Shown piece after piece: positions 29,465-37,900 of a stretch of 64,000 nt of DNA. Under the pieces are notes generated by a model. It saw only the letters and a program-made list of their open reading frames with translations, was not told where the DNA came from and made no database searches. The translations under genes and the position numbers were made by a program. Each line of letters starts with the position of its first letter. Within the stretch, counting starts at the first letter, position 1. The DNA is from an uncultured Gammaproteobacteria bacterium (lineage in GTDB: Bacteria; Patescibacteriota; Microgenomatia; UBA8517): the NCBI GenBank assembly GCA_964427735.1, contig CAYRUS010000001.1, positions 356,747-420,746 of the forward strand, written 5' to 3'.

Positions 29465-30076
29465 ATGACTATTTCTCCATCTCCCAAAAAAGTAATTAAA
29501 GCATTTGGATCTTTACCAACAGATGTCCCACTAGAAGTTTTTCACTCTGATCCTTATAAAGCGTTAATATCTACAGTTATGTCGTCAAGAACAAAAGATG
29601 AAACTACACTCGATGCAGCTAATAAACTTTTCAAGAAAGCACCTGATATTTATAAACTTAGCAAATTAAAAAAGGAAACTATAGAAAAACTAATTTACCC
29701 CGTTGGCTTTTATAAAACCAAAGCAAAAAACCTTCTACTACTTGCAGACAAAATTATCAATGAATATGATGGCATGGTTCCTAATACCAGAGAAGAGTTA
29801 ATGTCGCTTCCTGGAGTAGGCAGAAAAACTGCAAATCTGGTTTTAAACAGAGCGTTTGATAAACCAGCAATTGCAGTAGACACACATGTTCACAGAATAA
29901 GTAACATCATAGGTTGGGCAAAAAGTAAAAGCCCGGAGGAGACCGAAAAACAACTAATGCAAAAACTACCCAAAAAGTATTGGAAAGATATTAATGTTTA
30001 TTTTGTTTCTGTAGGTAGACAGTTTAGGTCAATGAAAAGACTTCTGGAATTTTTAGATGAAAAGGGATTGATATAA
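29465..30076 (+). CDS. nth: endonuclease III family glycosylase without the Fe-S cysteines
   Basis: VGFYKTKAK, HhH LPGVGRKTAN, AVDTHVHR; no Cys cluster. Confidence 0.88.
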   Translation: MTISPSPKKVIKAFGSLPTDVPLEVFHSDPYKALISTVMSSRTKDETTLDAANKLFKKAPDIYKLSKLKKETIEKLIYPVGFYKTKAKNLLLLADKIINEYDGMVPNTREELMSLPGVGRKTANLVLNRAFDKPAIAVDTHVHRISNIIGWAKSKSPEETEKQLMQKLPKKYWKDINVYFVSVGRQFRSMKRLLEFLDEKGLI

Positions 30077-30077
30077 A

Positions 30078-30974
30078 CTAAATTTTCCCATTCAATAATC
30101 GCTTCTCCAATTCTTTTTGTAATTTTAAACTTGTTATATTATCTGACTCAGCATCCATGTATCCACCAACAATTCTTTGTGCCAAAATAAGTTTAAAACA
30201 ATAATTATCTTCGTCTAAGAATTTGTATACCTGGCGAAATTCGTCTAAAAATTTATCTGCGATATCTGGACGTTTGAGTTTTGTATAAACTCTATGATAA
30301 AAGTAAGCCACGTCATAAAACTTAATTCCTTTTAATCTTGCTCTTTCTCCGTCTATCAGATAAAGACTATTATTCTTTGTAATTATAAAATGCCACGGTA
30401 CAAAATCTGAGTGTATAGGTGCTATTTGTACATGGTTAATATAACTTTCTATGTATTCGATAAGATTAGTGGTGTTGGTTGATGTTTTGGTGCTCCATTC
30501 TTTAACTTTCTCAAGGATTTTTTGTGAGAGTGTAATTTCATTTATATCCTCGTTCCCTTTAGTAAATTCATCGGGTATTGTGTCCATTTTAATTATTTTT
30601 TCAGCAGTTAAAGCTATCTTTCCAAGGTTTGTTATTAATAATTGAACGTCATCTTTATTTTCAACTTTTACTAACTCATGACCTTCTACATACTCACCTA
30701 TGTACCAGAATAATTGATCAAGTTTTCCTGAATTGTAAACTTTGGGTACTTTTACTGGAAAGTCATTGACTTCACTATTAATAAAATTATTCCAACTAAA
30801 TTCGTTTTCAGTTAACGGGCTAACTTCTGGGAAAGCTGCGAGTTTTAAAAAATAAGTTTTACTGTCTATTACTGCTTTTCCTACCAAATGCCTCCATGGC
30901 TGATGTAAGTTTGAAAGGACATAACCTTTTTTGCCAAAATAATTTTCAACATACTGAATATCAAGTTTTTCCAT
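30078..30974 (-). CDS. aminoglycoside phosphotransferase/choline kinase-like protein
   Basis: YFLK, HSDFVPWH (Brenner-like motif), LIDGE. Confidence 0.7.
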   Translation of the reverse strand: MEKLDIQYVENYFGKKGYVLSNLHQPWRHLVGKAVIDSKTYFLKLAAFPEVSPLTENEFSWNNFINSEVNDFPVKVPKVYNSGKLDQLFWYIGEYVEGHELVKVENKDDVQLLITNLGKIALTAEKIIKMDTIPDEFTKGNEDINEITLSQKILEKVKEWSTKTSTNTTNLIEYIESYINHVQIAPIHSDFVPWHFIITKNNSLYLIDGERARLKGIKFYDVAYFYHRVYTKLKRPDIADKFLDEFRQVYKFLDEDNYCFKLILAQRIVGGYMDAESDNITSLKLQKELEKRLLNGKI

Positions 30975-30982
30975 TGCAATTT

Positions 30983-31034
30983 TTACTCATATGCAGCAAT
31001 TACTACTCCAAAAGTGTTTTGGACGTATATGCAC
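30983..31034 (-). repeat. 52-bp imperfect direct repeat, copy A: orphan copy of the 3' end of the 32242-32892 gene
   Basis: 46/52 identical to 32242-32293; reads CIYVQNTFGVVIAAYE-stop. Confidence 0.9.
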
Positions 31035-31057
31035 AAAAATAGTTTAACATAAGGAGT

Positions 31058-31660
31058 TTACTTTCTAGCTTGAACTACTTTTGTATATTGATAAAATGCC
31101 TCTATTGAATCTTCATCTTCCCACCATCCTGATTTTTGATGAATCGGAATTTGATCTGGCCTAGTACACCTTATATACCCAGGACTCCACCTCCAACCTG
31201 CTGGCCAATTCTGCTTATCTGTACCTGGTTTACCTTGTCTTACCTGAATTGGTTTACTGCCTTTAAATTTCATTCCCAAGAACCATTCCAGTGCAATATT
31301 TAAGGATGTGTGATGAAATTGATTTGGTATGCCAGGTTTATTATAAAAGGCATATGGATCAAAAGCCTCCCTCCTTGTAATTAAATATTTATCATATGTA
31401 TAAGAATGCTTATTAACTAAAAATTCGGCTTGATCAGGATTAAGAAGAAAGTGCCTTACATATCCAGAAACATAAACTTTCCAAAATACATTTTCATATT
31501 CCATGATTTCCCCGTCTTTAGTTTGGTGCACGATTCTCCAGTTTCCTTCACCATATTCTTTATTCCATCTCATAAATAACTCTTCTTTCCTCTTTCCAAA
31601 ATAGCCAGGTCTCTCTACTGTAACCCAGTCAAGTTTTAATAAATTTTCCTTTTCAACCAT
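31058..31660 (-). CDS. hypothetical protein (200 aa), aromatic-rich and enzyme-like
   Basis: ERPGYFG, QFHH, WSPG, SIEAFYQ; start placed at MVEKENL because the upstream extension is AT-rich intergenic DNA. Confidence 0.75.
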   Translation of the reverse strand: MVEKENLLKLDWVTVERPGYFGKRKEELFMRWNKEYGEGNWRIVHQTKDGEIMEYENVFWKVYVSGYVRHFLLNPDQAEFLVNKHSYTYDKYLITRREAFDPYAFYNKPGIPNQFHHTSLNIALEWFLGMKFKGSKPIQVRQGKPGTDKQNWPAGWRWSPGYIRCTRPDQIPIHQKSGWWEDEDSIEAFYQYTKVVQARK

Positions 31661-31682
31661 ACAAATATTAAATGATATAATA

Positions 31683-31756
31683 ATATATATTGATATGACA
31701 TTATCTATATATAAAACTATGTTCATACTTAATTTGTCAAACTCTACGATATATCT
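31683..31756. promoter_or_regulatory. possible tandem NrdR-box-like sites
   Basis: ATATATATTG (31683), CTATATATAA (31705), CGATATATCT (31747) versus core CWATATATWG; spacings 22 and 42 bp; very AT-rich context weakens the call. Confidence 0.3.
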
Positions 31757-31785
31757 CTTTATGTTTATTATGTCAATAAATTGAT

Positions 31786-32241
31786 ATGGAATGTCCGTAT
31801 TGTTCAAAGCAACAAACTTTTGTAACTAATTCAAGAATTACCAGAAAAAATACTCAAGTTTGGAGAAGGCGTAAATGTGCAGCTTGTAAAAATTTATTTT
31901 CTACTTATGAAATAATAGATCTGTCACATCTTAATGTAATTAAAAAATCTGGTAAAACTGAAAGGTTTTCAAAATATAAACTTTATTCGGGAATCTACGG
32001 AGCAACAATTGGATCAAAAACCCCAAACAGGGAAAAAGTTGTTGAAAGCCTTACGTTAATTGTAGAGAAGAAAATTTTGTTGCTTAATAAAAAAAGAGTT
32101 AGTTCACAAGAAATTGCAGACATAGTACTAAACATTCTTAGAAAAAAAAGTACTGGTACATTTCTTCGTTTTCTGGCTTATACGAAGGATATAAAAACTG
32201 AAGTTCAAATGAGGAAAGAATTAAACAAATATACAAAATAA
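31786..32241 (+). CDS. nrdR: NrdR-family transcriptional regulator
   Basis: CPYC...VTNSR...RRRKCAAC...FSTYE Zn ribbon plus ATP cone VIKKSG. Confidence 0.88.
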   Translation: MECPYCSKQQTFVTNSRITRKNTQVWRRRKCAACKNLFSTYEIIDLSHLNVIKKSGKTERFSKYKLYSGIYGATIGSKTPNREKVVESLTLIVEKKILLLNKKRVSSQEIADIVLNILRKKSTGTFLRFLAYTKDIKTEVQMRKELNKYTK

Positions 32242-32293
32242 TTACTCATATGCTGCAATTGCTACTCCAAAAGTGTTTTGAGCATAGATGCAC
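32242..32293 (-). repeat. 52-bp imperfect direct repeat, copy B: current 3' end of the CAP-domain gene
   Basis: Reads CIYAQNTFGVAIAAYE-stop; partner at 30983-31034. Confidence 0.9.
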
Positions 32294-32892
32294 CCATATA
32301 CATATTCACCACCCGTCATGAGTTTTTTATGACCTAGTGTGTTCTCCCACAACTGAACTGCTTCTTGAGGAGTTGTTGCTCCTTGAACTAAAAATTCACT
32401 TATAGCGTATTTTTCAAAAATCCATTTTAAGTCAGGTCTTCTTTCAGGCAGATTACTAAAACCTTCGTGACCGTCTAACTTACCCATTTCCAATAGTTCA
32501 TTTAAACGAAGTGAGGCAATTGTACATAATTCTTCTCTTATTGTAAGCTGAGCAACTCCATGTCCGACTCTTGCTATGTTTACCTCTTCCCAAAGCTCTG
32601 GTCCTCCCCAAGGGACAGGAGTACTGCTGATTTTTTTAACAGGTCTTTCATCCACAGTAACAGGTAGCGGTTCTGGAGTTTCTGGTATAGAATCTGAAGT
32701 ACCAACCCGCCTCCCTATCAAACTTAAAATGTTTGAAAATTGTGCCTCTGTCTCAGACTTTCCATCATTCACCCCATTAAAATATCCTGCCATGTATATT
32801 CCTGACATCAATACCAATATTGCAAATACGCCTAATACATATAAAAAACCTTCTAAAAGGCTTTTAGTTATTGGTTTAATTTTATTTTTCAT
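32242..32892 (-). CDS. membrane-anchored CAP/SCP domain protein
   Basis: TM; VNIARVGHG, GHEGF, W..TLGH. Confidence 0.7.
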   Translation of the reverse strand: MKNKIKPITKSLLEGFLYVLGVFAILVLMSGIYMAGYFNGVNDGKSETEAQFSNILSLIGRRVGTSDSIPETPEPLPVTVDERPVKKISSTPVPWGGPELWEEVNIARVGHGVAQLTIREELCTIASLRLNELLEMGKLDGHEGFSNLPERRPDLKWIFEKYAISEFLVQGATTPQEAVQLWENTLGHKKLMTGGEYVYGCIYAQNTFGVAIAAYE

Positions 32893-33326
32893 TGTTCAAT
32901 GATAATCGTCACCGGACCGTCTAAAGATGCTTCAATATTCATATATTCTCCAAAACTTCCTGTTTCCACTTTAATATCCAGACTTTTTAACTTTTCCACA
33001 AAGTAATTATAAAGTACTTTTGCGTTTTTGGGAGATGCTGCTTTAATAAATGATGGTCTGTTCCCAGCATTGGTGTCTGCGTATAACGTAAACTGAGACA
33101 CAACAATAATTGGTAAGTTTTTGTCCTTTATCGAGAAATTCATTTTTCCATCTTTATCAGCAATAATACGAAGTTTAGCAAGCTTTTCTGCAAGCTTATC
33201 AGCAGATTCTTTTGTGTCTTTTTGACTAATTCCTAATAATAGGAATAACCCTTTTTCAATTTGTCCGACAACCTTATCATCCACTCTTACTTTTGTCCTG
33301 TTCACTCTTAGAATAACTGCTTTCAT
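32889..33326 (-). CDS. dtd: D-aminoacyl-tRNA deacylase
   Basis: VSQFTL, GNRPSF, FGEYM, DGPVT. Confidence 0.95.
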   Translation of the reverse strand: MKAVILRVNRTKVRVDDKVVGQIEKGLFLLLGISQKDTKESADKLAEKLAKLRIIADKDGKMNFSIKDKNLPIIVVSQFTLYADTNAGNRPSFIKAASPKNAKVLYNYFVEKLKSLDIKVETGSFGEYMNIEASLDGPVTIIIEQ

Positions 33327-33348
33327 TTCTTTGTAATTCTATCAAATT

Positions 33349-34887
33349 TTATAGATATTCGTTATCAACAGGGCGATATTGCAAAGCTTCTGCAATGTGT
33401 TGTGTTTTAATTTCTTCGGATTTATCTAAATCTGCTATTGTTCTTGCTACTTTAACAACCTTAAAGTAGCTTCTTGCAGAAAGATTCATCTTTGAAATAG
33501 CACTTCGCATAATAATTAAGCACTCATCTGATAACTTGCAATATTTTTTAGCTTCTCTGGTGGTCATTTCACTATTTGATATTATTTTTGTATTTTGAAA
33601 ACGTTTTGTTTGGACATCTCTTGCCTTTTGTACTCTTTTTTGTATTATTGCAGATGATTCTGTATTTTTTTCTGGATTCTTTTCTACAAGCTTTTGCGTT
33701 TCGACTGAGGGAACAGAAATGTGGATGTCAATTCTATCCATAATCGGACCAGATATCCTTTTTTGATATCTTGATATTTGCCCGGGCAGGCACTTGCATT
33801 GCCGCTTTTTATCACCAAAGTAGCCGCATGGACAGGGGTTAGCAGCAGCTACTAGCAAAAAACTAGCAGGAAAAGTTACAGAAGCTTTAGCTCTTGAGAT
33901 ACTAACAATATGATCTTCGAGTGGCTGCCTAAGTGCCTCTAGAACATTTCGAGGAAACTCTGGAAACTCATCTAAAAAAAGTACTCCTCTATGAGCAAGT
34001 GAAATTTCACCAGGAGATGGATTAGTACCACCACCAATCAAACCAATTCTACTTGTTGTATGATGCGGGCTTCTAAATGGCCGGCTTGTGATGAGTGACT
34101 CATTTTGGGTAAGGTTTCCTGTTATTGAAAAGATTTTAGTTACCTCTAGAGATTCATCCTCTGTCAAGTCAGGCAAGATACCGGGAAGTGCTCGAGCTAA
34201 CATCGTTTTCCCTGATCCGGGAACTCCTTTAAGAAAGATATTGTGTCCTCCTGCGGCTGCCACTTCCAATGATCTTTTTGCCTGCTCTTGTCCAATCACC
34301 TCTTTGAAGTCAAAGTCGGAGTTCGATGATTTAATAAGCTTTTTGAGTTCTATCTTTTCACTTTTTTCTATTTTTAGTCTACCAGTTAAATGCCTTACCA
34401 AAGCAAGTAGGTTGTCAAAGGCATAAATATCTATACCAGGAACCACAGCAGCTTCTGTTTCATTCACTTTTGGAAGATATACTTTTTTAAAACCTTTTTC
34501 TTTTGCAAGAAACGCAAGGGGCAAAATTCCTTTAGTGTGTCTTAAAGTACCATCTAACGATAATTCACCGAAAAAAAGTGAGTCAGAAGTGTTTACTGAA
34601 ATTTGACCAGAAGCAATTAGGATTCCGAGAGCTATTGGAAGATCATACACAGGGCCTTCTTTGGGCAAATCAGCAGGTGCTAGATTAATAGTTATTCTGC
34701 TGATGGGAAAATCAGCACCGGAATTTTTAATAGCAGACCGGACTCTCTCTTTTGCTTCTTCAACAGCTTTCCCAGGCAAACCTACAATTGTCAAAGAAGG
34801 TAATCCTTCGTTAGGTATATCAACTTCTACTTCAACCGGTATTGCATTCATTCCAACAGTTGCAGCTGAAGTGATTTTGGCAAGCAT
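33349..34887 (-). CDS. comM: YifB/ComM Mg-chelatase-like AAA+ ATPase
   Basis: INLAPADLPK, GELSLDG, GVPGSGKT, FRSPHH, LFLDE, NPCPCG. Confidence 0.93.
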   Translation of the reverse strand: MLAKITSAATVGMNAIPVEVEVDIPNEGLPSLTIVGLPGKAVEEAKERVRSAIKNSGADFPISRITINLAPADLPKEGPVYDLPIALGILIASGQISVNTSDSLFFGELSLDGTLRHTKGILPLAFLAKEKGFKKVYLPKVNETEAAVVPGIDIYAFDNLLALVRHLTGRLKIEKSEKIELKKLIKSSNSDFDFKEVIGQEQAKRSLEVAAAGGHNIFLKGVPGSGKTMLARALPGILPDLTEDESLEVTKIFSITGNLTQNESLITSRPFRSPHHTTSRIGLIGGGTNPSPGEISLAHRGVLFLDEFPEFPRNVLEALRQPLEDHIVSISRAKASVTFPASFLLVAAANPCPCGYFGDKKRQCKCLPGQISRYQKRISGPIMDRIDIHISVPSVETQKLVEKNPEKNTESSAIIQKRVQKARDVQTKRFQNTKIISNSEMTTREAKKYCKLSDECLIIMRSAISKMNLSARSYFKVVKVARTIADLDKSEEIKTQHIAEALQYRPVDNEYL

Positions 34888-34957
34888 TAATTTAGCTTAC
34901 CACTTTTATAAACTGACTTACTATTATTAAAATTTGTATCTTAAAAGCTGAAAATCT

Positions 34958-35332
34958 TTACCCTAAATATTTTCTAATTTTTTCTACTACTTGTGTTGGA
35001 GTTAAATCAGCTTTAAGCAAATATTCTTTAGCACCTAACTCTAAAGCCCTTTTTGATTCGGTTTCTTGGGACAAATTAGATAAAACAATAACCGGAACAT
35101 TTTTGCCATATGAATCGGCACGTAATTTTGCAAGCATGTCTATTCCTGAAAGTTTAGGCATCATAACATCCAAAATTATTAAATCCGGTTTTTCTTTTAA
35201 AGCTACTTCTAAGCCTTCTTCTCCATCCTCGGCAGATACTACATCAAAATTTTCGCTTTTAAGTTTTGCTGAATACATTTTTATCAGCATAGGATCATCT
35301 TCAACTAAAAGAATTTTATGATTATTACTCAT
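34958..35332 (-). CDS. single-domain response regulator (receiver only)
   Basis: VEDD, LDVMMP, LSN, LLKAD; 124 aa. Confidence 0.92.
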   Translation of the reverse strand: MSNNHKILLVEDDPMLIKMYSAKLKSENFDVVSAEDGEEGLEVALKEKPDLIILDVMMPKLSGIDMLAKLRADSYGKNVPVIVLSNLSQETESKRALELGAKEYLLKADLTPTQVVEKIRKYLG

Positions 35333-35366
35333 CGCAGAATTATACTAGCTTAGTAGGAAGTTAGAA

Positions 35367-36965
35367 TCAACTTTCTTTTCTAATTATAGGCAACTCTATC
35401 CAAAACGTACTTCCTTTTCCTAACTCAGATTCCATTCCTACCTTTCCCTTAAACTTATTTATAAGTAGTTTGGTTATATAAAGACCAAGACCTGAACCTA
35501 TAACTTTACCTGCAGATGACTCTGCTCGCTGAAACTTTTGAAACAACTTCTTCTTATCCTGATCAGAAATTCCTGGACCACTATCATTTACCTCAAGTTT
35601 TACCGTAGAGGACGAAGGATTATACAACTTTACTTCAACATAACCCTTATCCGTATATTTAATTGCATTATTTATTAAGTTTGATACAACTTCAAAAATT
35701 CTATCCTCATCCACATATACAGTGTCTGAAAGATTATTAGAAATTTCTAGTTTATAATCTAGTTTCTTATCTTTAGCTACGTATTCATGTTCAGAGAAAA
35801 TTTTCCGTGCAACATCGCTTAACTTAACATTACCCATCTTAAAGACCATTCTACCTTCCTCAATTCTATTCATATTAAGCATATTGTTGACTAGTCTTAT
35901 TAGTCTATCGTTGCTTGATGAAGCATCTGCTAAATACTCTAAAGCCTCGGACGAGACTTTTCCTGCATCACCTTCCAGCACCATAGAGATATATCCTTTA
36001 ATCGCAGTCATCGGTGCTCTAAGCTCATGTGCAGCAACATTTACAAACTCATCCTTTTGGGCATCAAGCTTTTTTAATTTTTCTGTTAAATCTTCTAATT
36101 GTTGACGCTGCTTTATTTCATTTTTTACACTTCTGATTAAGAATATTCCAAAAATTATAGTAACTAATAAAACTAGAGTATCAACTAACGTTTCAGCTAA
36201 ATCCTGCGAGACAAATAATTTTGAAAATAAAATTATCCAAATAATTACCGTTAATGCTTCTGTTGCAAATATTCTTACATCAAATAAATTATGTTTTACG
36301 ATTGCATATGCTGTAAAACAAAGTAAAAATATAGCAGAAAAGTCTCCGAATATTTGATACTTCACACTCTGAAAGAGCACTTGAGAGATTACATTGAAAA
36401 TTAAATTAGCGCTAACAAAAACAAACACTCCTACCAAAAAGTACTGCAACTTGATCTTCATGTCTTTGGAAAGAGACCTATAACTTTTAAGGCTGTAGAC
36501 CACTATTGAAATAGCTACAAAGGCCGCAAACAAATTAAAAAAGATCGCTAAATTTCCAAAAACAATAGCATTGCCCCAATCCAGCCGAACTACATCTTCA
36601 ATAATTAAATCTGTAAAAAGCGACATCAAAAATAAAGCAACTGATAATAGCAAAATCACATATCCAAGTCTTTTTGCAAATTTACCTGCTTTAAGAAAAT
36701 AAACTATAAAAAAATTATAAAATGATGTTAAAAAAAGTGAGACAGAGGCCCAATTTAATCTATATAAAAGCACTGAATTATTTATACTTATAGACTTTGA
36801 TCCTAGGTAAGAAAAATTTGACCACATTAACACAAAAAATGCCATCATAGTAAACCAAAACTTTAATTGCTTCGAATTACCACCATGTATAACCCACCAA
36901 ACCAGTACAAATCCCAGTGCATTTATTGCTAATAGTATGATTTGAGCAAATAATTCAAAGTCCAT
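35367..36965 (-). CDS. sensor histidine kinase with multi-TM (HisKA_7TM-like) N-terminus
   Basis: About nine hydrophobic segments, then H box AHELRAP, N box NNAIKY, DSGPG, GSGLGL. Confidence 0.93.
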   Translation of the reverse strand: MDFELFAQIILLAINALGFVLVWWVIHGGNSKQLKFWFTMMAFFVLMWSNFSYLGSKSISINNSVLLYRLNWASVSLFLTSFYNFFIVYFLKAGKFAKRLGYVILLLSVALFLMSLFTDLIIEDVVRLDWGNAIVFGNLAIFFNLFAAFVAISIVVYSLKSYRSLSKDMKIKLQYFLVGVFVFVSANLIFNVISQVLFQSVKYQIFGDFSAIFLLCFTAYAIVKHNLFDVRIFATEALTVIIWIILFSKLFVSQDLAETLVDTLVLLVTIIFGIFLIRSVKNEIKQRQQLEDLTEKLKKLDAQKDEFVNVAAHELRAPMTAIKGYISMVLEGDAGKVSSEALEYLADASSSNDRLIRLVNNMLNMNRIEEGRMVFKMGNVKLSDVARKIFSEHEYVAKDKKLDYKLEISNNLSDTVYVDEDRIFEVVSNLINNAIKYTDKGYVEVKLYNPSSSTVKLEVNDSGPGISDQDKKKLFQKFQRAESSAGKVIGSGLGLYITKLLINKFKGKVGMESELGKGSTFWIELPIIRKES

Positions 36966-36972
36966 GTAAGTT

Positions 36973-37830
36973 TTATTCCATTATCACTTTACCGAGTAAA
37001 AGAGCAAGAGGCCATAAAATATATTCACCATCCACCATGATGTAAGAAATCTTACGTAGCTGAACGCTTGTTAGATTATTAACTTTTATTAAATAAATTA
37101 AGCTGTATATTGGGAAAAATAGTAAAACTATCGAATAGAATGGTAAAATTCTTAACCATATAGCTAACGCGACTATTGTCCCTGAGGCAATATTTACTAT
37201 ATGTAAATAGTAAACGGTTTTATGGAGACCGAATACTACAGGTAAAGTCTTTAGTCCATCTTTTTTATCTCCACTAACGTCTTTAATATCAAAAAAGGCA
37301 GAATTAATTATCCACCTTAAAAATACAAAAAATAAAAAAGTTAACACTAACCACCTAAGTGGAAAAATAGAATAATGCAGAGGAACAATAAATCCTAGCA
37401 TAGTCCAAAAAAATGCAACATATAAATTCTTTAAAGCTACAACCTTTTTCATTAAGTATTTTACTTTTAATGAATAAATTATTCCTCCTGCCACTATAAT
37501 TACTGCCAATAAAGCAGCAAAGTAAGTTGTAGTAAACAGCAGTGATATAAATAAAGTTATATAAATAATCATTGTGAATATTTGGATATTCCTTGTTTCA
37601 GAGAGATAAATAGAACGCTCCAAATTGTCTTTGTTTTCTTCGATTGTCTCTAACAAATGATCGTGATTATATACAATCTGAGAGACTAAGTATGCAATGA
37701 TAAAAATCTGCCATTCCCATTCAACATCAAGAAGTATAGTTACAGACCATACAATGGAGGCTGCCCCTAAAGACAATAAATGACCACCATATACAAACTC
37801 ACTTATCAGTATTCTTACCAGTTTTTTCAT
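36973..37830 (-). CDS. UbiA-superfamily membrane prenyltransferase
   Basis: Multi-TM; YNHD...NLER and FDIKDVSGDKKDGLKTLPVVFG Asp-rich motifs. Confidence 0.85.
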   Translation of the reverse strand: MKKLVRILISEFVYGGHLLSLGAASIVWSVTILLDVEWEWQIFIIAYLVSQIVYNHDHLLETIEENKDNLERSIYLSETRNIQIFTMIIYITLFISLLFTTTYFAALLAVIIVAGGIIYSLKVKYLMKKVVALKNLYVAFFWTMLGFIVPLHYSIFPLRWLVLTFLFFVFLRWIINSAFFDIKDVSGDKKDGLKTLPVVFGLHKTVYYLHIVNIASGTIVALAIWLRILPFYSIVLLFFPIYSLIYLIKVNNLTSVQLRKISYIMVDGEYILWPLALLLGKVIME

Positions 37831-37900
37831 CTACTTTGATAATACAAGCTTCTACTCACTAATCCAACTAAATAAATGATGTTACGGCAAAAAGGAAGAT

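Noticed and set aside
31661-31807. 49-aa N-terminal extension of the 31058 ORF
   Set aside because: It is Ile/Asn/Tyr-rich translation of AT-rich spacer DNA and overlaps the nrdR start.
30983-32293. 52-bp repeat pair as a diversity-generating retroelement TR/VR
   Set aside because: The six mismatches are not confined to adenines of one copy on either strand, the repeat is short, and no reverse transcriptase is in the window.
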